Shown: positions 21,342-33,500 of the stretch, one piece after another
Numbering within the stretch: the stretch's first letter is position 1
Layout: every line of letters begins with the position of its first letter
Source: an uncultured bacterium
GTDB lineage: Bacteria; UBP4; UBA4092
Assembly (NCBI GenBank): GCA_964644695.1
Contig: CAZXWN010000004.1
Coordinates: 62,001 to 126,000, forward strand
Direction of reading: 5' to 3'
DNA: 64,000 nucleotides
Position numbers and translations under genes: made by a program
Notes under the pieces: generated by a model
What the model was told of the DNA's origin: nothing
Databases searched by the model: none
What the model saw: only the letters and a program-made list of their open reading frames with translations

Positions 21342-22073
21342 TTAATTTGAAGGAATTAATACATAAATTTTATTTGATGCAGGCAAGATTGCATTACTAA
21401 TTCGTAGGGTGCTGCTTCCCAGTCGGGTCACATTCTTTTGGGATTTCAGGAAATCATCAACAGGACGTAGAGGAATTTTAATTTGGTCTGTCTTGTAATG
21501 CATGGGAATGGTGATTCGAGGATTAATTTGAGCAATTACATCCGATAATTTTGACGAGTCCAAAGTATAAACGCCACCGGCAGGAATCAGTAACACATCA
21601 ATCGGACCCTTCTTTAGAATTTGTTTTATTTGGTCCTGCGTCAACTTTTGTCCCAGATCCCCCAGATGACATATTCGAAGACTGTCGATTGAATACACAA
21701 AGATGAGATTCTTCCCACGCGCTTTGCCTTGTTGGTCATCATGAAAAGATTCAATCCCCTGAATTGATACATTATTGATTTGTGAATACCCGGCACTTTT
21801 AATCACGCTGGGTTTTCCTGGAAGACTGGATACATCGTTGTGGTCTGCATGGTCATGGCTGACAGTTACACCATCGGCCTTTATCGTAATAGTGCTGTAA
21901 TTTACTGCACCCCCAAAACCTTTTGGTTCGTAAGGGTCGGTGATAATTTTTGTGCCATCCTTAGCAGTGAACAAAAACGCTGCCTGACCAAACCATTGAA
22001 TCTGGACAGACCAAACCGATGATAAACCTACAAGACATACCATCAATAATAAAAAGATATTTTTCTTCGACAT
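21342..22073 (-). CDS. Exported MBL-fold metallohydrolase
   Basis: Signal peptide; ITDPY, SHDHADH, HLGD, IPMHY motifs; GGAGGAG RBS. Confidence 0.88.
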   Translation of the reverse strand: MSKKNIFLLLMVCLVGLSSVWSVQIQWFGQAAFLFTAKDGTKIITDPYEPKGFGGAVNYSTITIKADGVTVSHDHADHNDVSSLPGKPSVIKSAGYSQINNVSIQGIESFHDDQQGKARGKNLIFVYSIDSLRICHLGDLGQKLTQDQIKQILKKGPIDVLLIPAGGVYTLDSSKLSDVIAQINPRITIPMHYKTDQIKIPLRPVDDFLKSQKNVTRLGSSTLRISNAILPASNKIYVLIPSN

Positions 22074-22111
22074 ATTATCTCCTCCATACCTATTCTGATT
22101 GTACCCCAAAT

Positions 22112-22148
22112 AAAAAAGCGGAGAAGACTTTTATATCTTCTCCGCTTT
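22112..22148 (-). terminator. Terminator after carA
   Basis: aaagcggagaaga/tcttctccgcttt stem plus U-run. Confidence 0.85.
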
Positions 22149-22168
22149 CGTGATTTACTCAATTTTAT

Positions 22169-23314
22169 TTAACGGCTTTTTTCCATATTTTCGACAAACT
22201 TATCGAATAGGTAGCGGGCATCATGAGGTCCGGCTGAAGATTCTGGGTGATATTGAACACAGAAAATTGGGAGTGTTTCGTGCTCCATACCTTCATTCGA
22301 CATATCATTGAGATTCAGGTGAGTAATTCGCAAACCGGAATTCTTCACCGAATCAAGGTCCACACAGAAACCATGGTTCTGAACAGTAATTTCAATTTTC
22401 CCAGTAGCTAATTGTTTGACTGGATGGTTAGCACCACGATGACCAAACTTTAGTTTATATGTTTTGCCACCAAAGGCCAAACCTAGAATCTGTTGACCTA
22501 AACAAATCCCGAAAATCGGCTTTTTCCCAATGAGTTTTTTTACATTCTCAATGAGGTATGTGACAGCTTCAGGATCACCAGGTCCATTGGACAGGAAGAT
22601 ACCATCAGGATTAAACGCCAAAACATCTTCCGCGGACATATCCGCTGGAACAACGGTAACTTTGCAGTTATGCGCTGCCAGCAATCGGAGAATGTTCAGT
22701 TTGATACCACAGTCGTAAGCAACCACATGGAACTTCGCTTTATCGGGAGAATAATCAGCGTAGCACCCATTCCATTCAAGGTCGGACTTGTTAGGGACAA
22801 ATACATAGGGCTTTTCAATCGTAACTTCTTTGACCAAATCTCGCCCGACTAAGTGGGGGGAATTCTTCGCCTTCTCCACAAGTCTTTCAGGATTATCATC
22901 CACCGTCGAAATGACGCCTTGTTTTGCACCATACGTCCGGAGATGTTTGGTCAGTGCACGGGTATCCACACCCTCGATACCGACGATACCATGTTTGTTC
23001 AAATACGTACCAAGATCACTGTCAGCCCGATAGTTACTAGTAATGCCGGAGTATTCTCTGATGATAAAACCTTCAACATAGGGTTGGCGAGATTCCACAT
23101 CTTCAGCATTAACTCCGTAATTACCAATCAACGGATAGGTCATGGTAACGATTTGACCCTTATAGGATGGATCTGTCAGGATTTCCTGATAACCGGTCAT
23201 GGAAGTATTGAATACAACTTCCCCGTAATTCTCACCTTCAGCACCGAAGGCATAGCCATGGAAGACTTTTCCATCTTCTAAGGCAAGGATGGCAGGTTTT
23301 TTAACTTTATTCAT
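22169..23314 (-). CDS. carA: Carbamoyl-phosphate synthase small subunit
   Basis: GEVVFNTSMTGYQE, SNGPGDP, GICLG, QYHPE. Confidence 0.97.
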   Translation of the reverse strand: MNKVKKPAILALEDGKVFHGYAFGAEGENYGEVVFNTSMTGYQEILTDPSYKGQIVTMTYPLIGNYGVNAEDVESRQPYVEGFIIREYSGITSNYRADSDLGTYLNKHGIVGIEGVDTRALTKHLRTYGAKQGVISTVDDNPERLVEKAKNSPHLVGRDLVKEVTIEKPYVFVPNKSDLEWNGCYADYSPDKAKFHVVAYDCGIKLNILRLLAAHNCKVTVVPADMSAEDVLAFNPDGIFLSNGPGDPEAVTYLIENVKKLIGKKPIFGICLGQQILGLAFGGKTYKLKFGHRGANHPVKQLATGKIEITVQNHGFCVDLDSVKNSGLRITHLNLNDMSNEGMEHETLPIFCVQYHPESSAGPHDARYLFDKFVENMEKSR

Positions 23315-23416
23315 GATTATTAATTATAGCGTAACCCTGCCCAACTCCTGAATAACATCCAATAAATATCATGTTGTACAACTTTAATAGACAATTTAGT
23401 CAACTGATGTTAATTT

Positions 23417-24664
23417 ATGGAAAATTTATCAAGGAGAATTGTTTATATGCCGATATGCAGAGGGAAGCTAATTCAACTTCAAACATTTATCTTGTGCCTT
23501 TCACTGGCAGGAGCTTCATTCGGGCTCACATTAAATCTCAAGAATGGAGCGGGTCTGGAAGGTAAACTCATTGAGCGTTTCAACAACCAGGTTACGATGG
23601 AAAACAAAGGGATTCGGACTACGGTCCCAGTCAGCAGGGTGAACGATCCAGAAACTACCTGGATGAAAGAAGCTCAGGATGCCTTTGATAAAGAGGATTA
23701 TGCCACCTGCCAGGATTATTGTAAGCAGATCCTGATATGGAATTCTGCATCAGCAGAGGCACAGAATTTATTAAAGCAAGCGGCAGTGGGGTCCAAGAAC
23801 CGAGTCACAAAACTTGAGGCAGAACGTATTGCCAAAGAGCAACAGGAAGCCGCCCAAAAGGCACTGGAAGCGCAAAAGAAACTAGAAGCCGCGACCAGTA
23901 TATCGAGCACTTCAAGTAAACAAACTACCGCTCATAACAATGGATCCGCGATAGATATTAATACGATCCTCACTAATATCCAAAATACTTATACAGCCAT
24001 TGACGCCTTCAAGATGTCCACAAAGGTTAAAATCTCTACCAATATACTGGGCATGAGAGAAACGAGTGAGCATATTGTCTCTATGGAATCCATACCATCT
24101 AAAAAACTGTTTAAATACAATAATTCCAACTCGGCTATGCATTCGGATGGTAAAAATATTTACCTGCTGTCTCAAGCGAAAAAACAATACATACAATTTT
24201 CAATAGCCGAAGCATTATCTCAAGATCCTAATAATGAATTATCCGAATTAATGGATGCACTAGGTCCTATCGCTACAATTACGAAATCGAAAAACCCCGC
24301 ATTTTTACGGGAAGAAACCCTTACTGTAAACAATCAACCGCATGACTGTTATGTCATTCGAATAGATGCCGACCCCAATCCATCAAAATCGCTTATCAAT
24401 GGCCCAATACTCTATTGGGTAGATAAGAATACCTGGTACATATTGAAAAAATATGCCAGTAAGGGAACCAAAGATGGAAAAATGACGACGGAACAGACAA
24501 CCTATATCAATAATTTTGATCCACACCCACAGTTTGCTGCCAATCATTTCAATTTCAGTCCACCTTCAGGCTACCAATTTGTTGATATGAAAAAGATACA
24601 AGATTCCTTCCAAAAGCCAAAAGAAAAAATTTCACAGGCAAACAAGCGCCAGACTTTACGTTAA
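23417..24664 (+). CDS. Exported protein with a LolA-like domain; N-terminal part of a frameshifted LolA-TlpA fusion
   Basis: Signal-like segment, LNLKNG..LEG beta domain, helical region, then SDGKNIYL...YWVDKNTWYI...FNFSPPSG LolA-like features. Confidence 0.6.
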   Translation: MENLSRRIVYMPICRGKLIQLQTFILCLSLAGASFGLTLNLKNGAGLEGKLIERFNNQVTMENKGIRTTVPVSRVNDPETTWMKEAQDAFDKEDYATCQDYCKQILIWNSASAEAQNLLKQAAVGSKNRVTKLEAERIAKEQQEAAQKALEAQKKLEAATSISSTSSKQTTAHNNGSAIDINTILTNIQNTYTAIDAFKMSTKVKISTNILGMRETSEHIVSMESIPSKKLFKYNNSNSAMHSDGKNIYLLSQAKKQYIQFSIAEALSQDPNNELSELMDALGPIATITKSKNPAFLREETLTVNNQPHDCYVIRIDADPNPSKSLINGPILYWVDKNTWYILKKYASKGTKDGKMTTEQTTYINNFDPHPQFAANHFNFSPPSGYQFVDMKKIQDSFQKPKEKISQANKRQTLR

Positions 24665-25050
24665 AAGCCATCAATTACAATGCCTCATACAACTTGAAAA
24701 GCTTGAGAGGAAAAGTAGTTTTGATAGACTTCTTTGCATCCTGGTGTCCCCCTTGCAGAAAAGAACTCCCTTCCATAGAAAAATTGCATAAGGAATTTGC
24801 TCCAAAAGGATTGGTCGTTTTAGGAATCAATGACGAAAAGAGATCAGTTATTGATGATTTCAGAGGGAAAAGGGGATTAACTTTCCCGATATTAGATGAC
24901 ACTCAAAATATGATTTCGAGAAGCTATCATGTCACAGGGATTCCAACAACACTTGTCGTTTGGAAAAATGGTGTTGTGGTGGCACATTTTGTTGGAGCAG
25001 CAAGCGAACAAAATTTGAGAGATGCTTTAGCAAAAGCAGGTATTCGTTAA
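24631..25050 (+). CDS. TlpA/ResA-type thiol-disulfide oxidoreductase domain in the -1 frame of the upstream gene
   Basis: Frame reads FTGKQAPDFTLK...LRGKVVLIDFFASWCPPC...GIPT; no evident start or RBS before the conserved APDFTL. Confidence 0.8.
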   Translation, partial: FTGKQAPDFTLKAINYNASYNLKSLRGKVVLIDFFASWCPPCRKELPSIEKLHKEFAPKGLVVLGINDEKRSVIDDFRGKRGLTFPILDDTQNMISRSYHVTGIPTTLVVWKNGVVVAHFVGAASEQNLRDALAKAGIR

Positions 25051-25071
25051 ACATATACTTTGTTAAAAAAG

Positions 25072-25106
25072 AAAAGACCGACCTTCGAAAAGGCCGGTCT
25101 TTTTTT
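25072..25106. terminator. Bidirectional terminator
   Basis: aaaagaccg.cctt...aagg.cggtctttt between convergent genes. Confidence 0.85.
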
Positions 25107-25117
25107 ATTACTGTAAA

Positions 25118-25582
25118 TTAAAGACTTTTCAGAACATCCAGGAAAGCGGACAAATCCCGTTCTTTAACCAACTCATTCACATGGGTAAACCTGACCACTC
25201 CTTGTTTATCAATGATGATCGTGGCTCTTTGAGCAATCCCGTGGTCGTCTGCATAGACACCATATTTTTTAGCAACATCGCCTTTGGGATGAAAATCTGA
25301 CAACATGGGGAACTGGGACACTTTACAATGCCCGGCAAAGGCTTTCAATGTGTACAAAGAATCCACACTGACAGAGAAAAACACGGTATCATTAGCGGTT
25401 AATTCAGCAATGTGCTTTTCAAAATTGGGCATCTCATTAGCACACACGGGAGAGAAAGCCAGCGGAAAGAAGAATAATACGACATTCTTTTTACCCTTGA
25501 AATCAGATAGTTTTACTTTTCCTTCACCCAGAGTGGAGGCAAGTTCGAAATCTGGAGCAGATTGACCGACATTAATTGGCAT
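25118..25582 (-). CDS. Peroxiredoxin (AhpE-like)
   Basis: FFPLAFSPVC peroxidatic motif, LSDFHPKG, RATIIID. Confidence 0.9.
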   Translation of the reverse strand: MPINVGQSAPDFELASTLGEGKVKLSDFKGKKNVVLFFFPLAFSPVCANEMPNFEKHIAELTANDTVFFSVSVDSLYTLKAFAGHCKVSQFPMLSDFHPKGDVAKKYGVYADDHGIAQRATIIIDKQGVVRFTHVNELVKERDLSAFLDVLKSL

Positions 25583-25649
25583 TTCAGTAACTCCTTCTAT
25601 TCATTTATGAGTTTTGCTTGATAAAGAAATAAACCCATAAACAACAGAA

Positions 25650-27224
25650 TTAGTTCCTGAGAATTTTACCGGCGAGAGCTCCGGTATGGATACCTTCTTC
25701 AATGATGGTTTTGCCATTCACTAAAACATATTCAATACCCAATGGATATTGATGAGGTTTCATGAAGGTTGCGGTATCCTTGATACGGTTAATATCAAAA
25801 ATCACGATGTCCCCGTAATAATCCTTTGCCAGAATCCCACGGTCTTTCAGATGCAGAATTTCAGCATTCAGTCCTGTCATTTTACGAATGGCCTCTTCAA
25901 GGGAAAAGAGATTCTTCTCCTTTGAGTAATGAGAAATAACCCGGGGGAATGTGCCGTAAGCACGGGGATGGGGCTGGTCTTCATTCAACGGAGGATAAGG
26001 TGCACGGGCCGTTGTATCCGAACCAATAGAGACCCAGGGTTGAGAAATAAAAGCATCCGTTTCGGTATCATCCATAGAGAAAAATATTGCGCTGACCATT
26101 CCGTCTTCTTCCAGAAGAATATCGCACACCGTATCCGGAATAGACTTATTGCGTTCAGCGGCGATACTCTGAAGTTGTTTGCCTAGTAAATCATGATTTT
26201 TATGCACAGAAGAAATGAGTGTGTCTTCATAACCTGACTCCTGCCCAATATTAGCGACAATTTCTTCAATGATTCGAGCCCGGGATTGGGGATCCCGCAG
26301 ACGCTCCAACATGCGAGCCATACCGCCATCATGAGCCCAGTCTGGCAACATTGAGGATAACTCTGTCGAAGAGGCAATATAGGGATAACGGTCGGCATGA
26401 ACCGGCAACCCGGCATCAACCGCCATCTGTATCAGTTCAATCGCCCATTTTCCTTTGCCCCAGTTTTTCCGACCTGCCGATTTTAAGTGGGAAATCTGAA
26501 CGGGGATTTTTGCACGCCGCCCGATAGTCAAAGTCTCCGTAATAGATTCCAGCAACAACCGGCCTTCACTTCTCATATGCGAAGCATAGATGCCACCTTT
26601 AGCCGCCACAACTTTAGCGATTTCGACAATTTCATCCATGGCAGCAAAACACCCCGGAGGATAAATCAACCCGGTGGTTAATCCCAAGGCCCCCTGCTCC
26701 ATTGATTTTTCCATTTCATATTTTTGCTTATTCAATTCCTCAGGAGTCGGCGGTCGGTTATCTTCGCCCATACAATAGATCCGTAATCCGCCATGCCCAA
26801 TAAACGAACCATAATTAGTCCCTATACCTTGTTTTTCTAATCGGGAATAGAATCCACCTATATCTTCCCAATCGAGCTCCAAACCATGTTTCTTCATAAA
26901 TTCCCGGGTCTCAACATGTCCAATAGGACCGATAGGGAATGGGCTGATACCACAATTACCAGAGATATCAGAAGTCACCCCCTGACGAATTTTACTTTCT
27001 GAGCGGGGATTTACCAGTAATGACACATCTGTATGGGAATGGATATCAATAAATCCGGGACAAACACATTTGCCGGACGCATCAATAATCCGGTTGGCTT
27101 TGTTTTCCGGAATACCGGATTCCATAGCAACAATCTTTTCACCCTGGATGGCAACATCCGTTTTTATGCGGGGCTTTCCAGTCCCATCGATTACTTCTCC
27201 GTTTTTTATCAGCAAATCAAACAT
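25650..27224 (-). CDS. N-acyl-D-amino-acid deacylase (D-aminoacylase family)
   Basis: PGFIDIHSHTD, GNCG, SHMRSEG, ISHLK, HPRAYGTFPR. Confidence 0.92.
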   Translation of the reverse strand: MFDLLIKNGEVIDGTGKPRIKTDVAIQGEKIVAMESGIPENKANRIIDASGKCVCPGFIDIHSHTDVSLLVNPRSESKIRQGVTSDISGNCGISPFPIGPIGHVETREFMKKHGLELDWEDIGGFYSRLEKQGIGTNYGSFIGHGGLRIYCMGEDNRPPTPEELNKQKYEMEKSMEQGALGLTTGLIYPPGCFAAMDEIVEIAKVVAAKGGIYASHMRSEGRLLLESITETLTIGRRAKIPVQISHLKSAGRKNWGKGKWAIELIQMAVDAGLPVHADRYPYIASSTELSSMLPDWAHDGGMARMLERLRDPQSRARIIEEIVANIGQESGYEDTLISSVHKNHDLLGKQLQSIAAERNKSIPDTVCDILLEEDGMVSAIFFSMDDTETDAFISQPWVSIGSDTTARAPYPPLNEDQPHPRAYGTFPRVISHYSKEKNLFSLEEAIRKMTGLNAEILHLKDRGILAKDYYGDIVIFDINRIKDTATFMKPHQYPLGIEYVLVNGKTIIEEGIHTGALAGKILRN

Positions 27225-27314
27225 GATATTTACTCACATTCTCCACATTCATTAAAAGCACATTAAAATCCTTGACTTATTATAAACCTATTATTCACTT
27301 TTCCGCAGGTAAAG

Positions 27315-27347
27315 AAAAAGGAACGGGACTCTTCCTCCGTTCCTTTT
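27315..27347 (-). terminator. Terminator
   Basis: aaaaggaacgg/ccgttcctttt stem. Confidence 0.75.
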
Positions 27348-27369
27348 GACATTCTTGTGAAGTTCAATA

Positions 27370-28704
27370 TTATCCTGTTATTTTCTTTGCCTGGACCAGT
27401 GTTCTCTCCGCCAAATCTGTAAACCGACTGTGAGTAAAACCTACCACATCAGAATGAAGGGTATCATTCAGAGGGCCTGTCCATTTGTGGGGAAGTTGTA
27501 CAGCACCCAGGAAAGCCCCCATGATGGAGCCGGCGGTAGCACCATTACAATCAGTGTCCCAACCTCCCATGACAGCCAGAGTGATTGCCTTTTCATAATC
27601 ACCCTCAGAATAACACAGGGCATTGATGACAATAGCCGCATTGTTGATAGTATGAACAGCATGATACCGACCAAACACATCCCGAATCCGGGAAATAGTC
27701 TTCATGGGGTCTTTATCTTCAATGACCCATGTCCGAACCTGCTGGATGGCTTCAAAAAGTCGTGATGTTTTGGGGATTTCAGCCAGCCCCGCATCAATAG
27801 CCTGGTCCAGAGTCTTTGATGTGAAAGCCGCCGCAATAATGGCCGCAAACATCATCTCTCCATAGATACCATTTTTCACATGGGAGATACAGGCATCCTT
27901 ATAGGCCAGTTCCGCCGCTTTCTCAGGCCATCCTGGGGCGACATAACCAAAAGCATCCGCACGAATTTGGGCTCCGATCCATTCCCGATAAGGATTGTTT
28001 CGGGTGGCAGAATCCGGCGGATTGATATTACGGGTGAAGTTCCAGTAAGCTACTTTTTCCGCAGTATAAACCCGGTTATAAGGCAATTTCATTGTCCATT
28101 CGAGGGCGACATTTTCCGGGGTAAAACCTTCCCCATATTTCTCCACATAATGAAGTCCCAGACAGGTGTAATCCATATCATCATCCCGTTCACAGGCCTT
28201 CAGGACATCCCGGTCGATAATCTTCATTTCATGGGCCCAATGATGATAATTAATTTTTTCAGGGACCTCTAAAGTCGGGTAAGGTAAATAACCTGTAATG
28301 GGCCAACATCCATGGGCTTTCAACATTTTTACCATGGCGTCATATTCATTCATAAACGGTTCAACAAGTTTTCCCAGAGTACATCCGGCACCACGACCCA
28401 GCCATGCCCCCAGAATCTTATCCTTCAATACGTCGTCAGAGGGTAGTTTCTTAAATCGGCGAATTCCCCGACTGCGTTTCTTCAGAATTTTGGAATAGTC
28501 ACTGGGTTCCTGATAAGGATAATCTTTACGGGGTTTGAGTTTAGCCGCTTTCTTATATAAGGCTTCGCACTTCTTCTCTGCCTGAGGATCTTTCTCGGAT
28601 ATAGCTTCATAGTGAGCCGTCAATTCAGCGACATCACAACCTTCCTCTGCCAACTGGCGAAGCTCGTTCTTAAATAACTGATACAGTGTTTCAGTAAACA
28701 GCAT
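27370..28704 (-). CDS. ADP-ribosylglycohydrolase family protein
   Basis: DDDMDYT, EWIGAQIRAD, GWDTDCNGATAG. Confidence 0.88.
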   Translation of the reverse strand: MLFTETLYQLFKNELRQLAEEGCDVAELTAHYEAISEKDPQAEKKCEALYKKAAKLKPRKDYPYQEPSDYSKILKKRSRGIRRFKKLPSDDVLKDKILGAWLGRGAGCTLGKLVEPFMNEYDAMVKMLKAHGCWPITGYLPYPTLEVPEKINYHHWAHEMKIIDRDVLKACERDDDMDYTCLGLHYVEKYGEGFTPENVALEWTMKLPYNRVYTAEKVAYWNFTRNINPPDSATRNNPYREWIGAQIRADAFGYVAPGWPEKAAELAYKDACISHVKNGIYGEMMFAAIIAAAFTSKTLDQAIDAGLAEIPKTSRLFEAIQQVRTWVIEDKDPMKTISRIRDVFGRYHAVHTINNAAIVINALCYSEGDYEKAITLAVMGGWDTDCNGATAGSIMGAFLGAVQLPHKWTGPLNDTLHSDVVGFTHSRFTDLAERTLVQAKKITG

Positions 28705-28727
28705 TTGATTATCCTCCGGATACTAAT

Positions 28728-28754
28728 AAAAAAAGGGCTGAATCAGCCCTTTTT
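28728..28754. terminator. Terminator after yajC
   Basis: aaaaagggctga.tcagcccttttt. Confidence 0.75.
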
Positions 28755-28786
28755 AGAATACTTATTTTTATGATTCCGAAATACTC

Positions 28787-29152
28787 CTACTTTTCAGGAG
28801 CAACCGGTGACTCAGCACTCTGAACAGAAACGATAGCCGTACGGGAGATATCCAGTTTCACATTATCTGCCACTTTCACTTTCAGGACATCACCGGAAGC
28901 ATTGGTGATGATGCCATGGATTCCTCCAGAGGTAATGACCTTATCGCCTACCTTAAGGTTGTTTAAACGCTCCTGATGTTTTTTCTGTTCTTTTCGCTGT
29001 GGGGCAATCAAAAAGAAATAGAAAATCACCATAATGATGACCATCATAAATATGGGGTTAGCAAAAATGGCGGCCGGGCCTGTCGGTTGTGCACCACCTT
29101 GAGCGGCTGGAGTACCCATTGCATACGCATTCTGAATCAAAAATCCAAACAT
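28787..29152 (-). CDS. yajC: Preprotein translocase subunit YajC
   Basis: IFYFFLIAPQRK...LKVGDKVITSGGIHG; follows tgt. Confidence 0.95.
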   Translation of the reverse strand: MFGFLIQNAYAMGTPAAQGGAQPTGPAAIFANPIFMMVIIMVIFYFFLIAPQRKEQKKHQERLNNLKVGDKVITSGGIHGIITNASGDVLKVKVADNVKLDISRTAIVSVQSAESPVAPEK

Positions 29153-29181
29153 AGTCTTAATTCTCCTTAATAAATTCGTCT

Positions 29182-30348
<1,167 letters not shown>

Positions 30349-30404
30349 TCAAACGATATTTGTAAAATTATACCGTACCTAATGTCCCGTTAATGGAGAA
30401 TAAA

Positions 30405-30449
30405 CGAAGAAGGTACGGACCAGGTCCGAGCAGCTCCGTGAATGAATCG
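30405..30449. repeat. 45-bp palindromic intergenic repeat, copy 2
   Basis: cgaagaaggtacggaccaggtccgagcagctccgtgaatgaatcg. Confidence 0.88.
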
Positions 30450-30525
30450 AATGGATGAGGAATCCCCGTCGAACCAAATCAGGTATTTACACGGATTATT
30501 TTGACAGAAACAAAAGAACTCCCAT

Positions 30526-33500
30526 TTACTTTTTGGGGGATTGATCCATCATCAAATTAAGGAATATTCGGGTAATACGGGGATCGAACTGAACTCCAGA
30601 TAATTCCTGAATGTAATTCCAGACTTTCTCTGGAGGCCAGCCCTTTCGATAAGGACGGTCTGAAGTTAAGGCATCCCAGACATCCACCAGAGTAAATATC
30701 CGGGCGGCGATGGGGATTTCTTCGCCTTTCAACCCTCTGGGATATCCTGTCCCATTCCATTTTTCATGGTGACAATAGGGAATGTCTATGGCTGGACGGA
30801 GGTATTCTATCGGATATATCATTTCATAGGCATACACGGGGTGCATCTCCATAATGCCCCATTCCTCATCAGTCAACGGACCCGGCTTTAATAAAATTGA
30901 ATCAGGCACACCAATTTTTCCAATATCATGCAGTAGGGCACCACGCTTGATTTGAGTTATTTCTTCACCCCGGATACCTAAACGAGTGGCCAGCTCCACT
31001 GTAATTTGAGCCACCCTTTGGGTATGTCCCTCAGTATCTTTATCACGCAAATCCATTGCCCTCGACCACCCTTCCAAGGTAGTTTCATACGCTCGGAGAA
31101 GTTCAGTGTTTGTCTTTTGTAGCCCCTCAAATAATTGAGCATTATCAATAGCAATGGCAGCCTGAGTCCCCAGATTTTCGAAAAATTCAAGCCAATCAGG
31201 ATCGTCAGGTAATGCAGTTCGGGAATATACTTCCATAACGCCCTTAATCTCACCTTTACTGATGAGCGGGACGCCACCATAAGCTCTGAATCCTTCTTTT
31301 CTGACCCATTCAGTAAATTTCGAACTAACATTAGAATATTCAAAAATATTTAAGATAATTTTGGATTGTTTTTCTAAGGCAATCTTCCCGGCAAACCCCT
31401 CTGTTAAATCCAATTTAGCTGTAAAATGGTCCTGTAAATGGAATCCTATCCCGGACTTATATTCCAACAAGAAACTTGCAGGATTCAACAGCAATATTTC
31501 TACGGCATCTACTCTTAACTGAACCTGAACTCGTCGCAACACCGAATGAAGATTAGCCTCCAGATTTGCACCGCTGGTGATTAACAGGTCAATCTCATGC
31601 AGCACATGGATATGCTCCAACTGGTGAATGGCTTTTTGTTCAGATTCCAATCGAACCTGAATTTGCTTCTCTAATTCCAGAGCCTGATTTTTTAAATCCT
31701 TAAACAAGATATCGTTAGCAATTAGGGCCCCTACTGGATTCGCTATAATCTGCAAGTGTTTTACGTCAGTCTCTGTAAAACGAATCAACTTGTTTGAGGA
31801 ATATACACCAATAATCCCAATCACCTTATCGCCAACAATCATTGGAGCGCCCGCATAAGATATAAATTCATAACCACCTTTATACATGGCTGTGAAGTTA
31901 GATAATCGAGAATCACTGTGAACATCGTTGATAACTATTGGTTTTTTATCCCGTAGTATCAGTTTTCCCAACCCTAAACGGCCAGACATGATGGGAATCT
32001 TCCCAGACTCAGGTAATCCGCTACTGGCAAGGAGATGTAGATCCTGATGTTCATCTAAAGTACGGATAACACAGGCATCTAAATGGAATGCATCTTTTAC
32101 ATATCCTGCAATCTTTTCACATTTATCTGCCAACGGCTCATCACCTGGCATCGCCGTCGTTATACTGGCCAGCAGTTCTAATCGGCCTACATGATACCGG
32201 AGCTCATCTTCGTTTTTTTTCCGTAAAGAAATATCGCGAATAATAAATTGAATATATGTTTCATCTTCTATGGAAATCTGGCTGATACTTATTTCAGCCT
32301 GGAATACCTGTTGATTTTTCTTAATATGGTTTGCAACAATAATCTGCCCCGTTTCAGTCTTTAATTTTTCACGTATTTCTAACAAGAGAGAGCTGCACTC
32401 CGGGGCAAATAGTTGTTCTATCTTCATGGATTGAATTTCATCTTGAGTATACCCATACAGTTTTTCAGCTTGATGATTAGCTTCAATAATCCAACAATCC
32501 TGGTTTGCCAGTACAATCGTGTCATAAGCATTTTGAGCAAGCAGCTCATAACGCCCCTGGTATCGTTTCTTTTCCATCTCATTTTGCAGGGCCAAGTTCT
32601 CCAAGTGAACTTGTTGCTGCTTCCAAATCAATAAAATAGTAAAAAGACAAAATCCCACTAGAATAATGACCGTTCCCAATATCCACAACCCTTTTTCCTT
32701 AGCAGGTGCTAACACTTCATCTAGGTCAACTTTTGCCACTAAATACCAGCCACTCCCTGGAACAGGCTTGGCGGCAGAAAGCACCCATTTCCCACGATAA
32801 TCCTTACCAAAAGAGATTTCCTTTTCACCTTTGATAGCTCTGACAGCAACCAACTCTGATCGACTTAAGGGAATTCGCATTTCCAAGGGTTTTGCTTTAC
32901 TGTTCCGAAGGGGACTGATGAATACCACTTCCTTGCCTTCTTGGCGAACCAGGAAGGATTCTGAAGTATTCGTGGGATTCGTCCATTTTTCCAGATAAGG
33001 ATATAAAAATTGATCCGGGTCTATTTCAAGAATTATTGCCCCCACCACAGGCGCATCGTATTCGTTACTGGGATATAAAATGGGAATCCATAAATCCATG
33101 TGGGGTTTGTTGTTAAAGGGAGAAACATGTATGTCAGAAAGAAAAATCGTTTTTTTATGAATAATATCCTTTGAAATGCTTTGAGCATAAGGGCCTAAAG
33201 CATTATTTTCTTTAGAACCTGATAACAATACTTTTCCCTGATTGTCTATAAGCCGATAATCCCTATACTGATAAGCCTGCATATACTTATCAAAGATGTA
33301 TAACAAGACCTTCTGTTGCTCTTTATTTCTTTGGCTAATAAATTGATTAACCGCATCTGAAATACTCTTACTACTCTGTATCAGTTTGGCATCACCAAGC
33401 CGTTCATTCTGCCAACGAACAATTTGCTCAATCTTCAAATCAGTTAGATTGTTAAGAGTCCTCAGAGCCTCAATTTTCAATGTTTTATTATCTTTGTAAT

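Noticed and set aside
27370-28704. ADP-ribosylglycohydrolase as the antitoxin of a defence pair
   Set aside because: No adjacent ADP-ribosyltransferase; bounded by terminators and of ordinary composition
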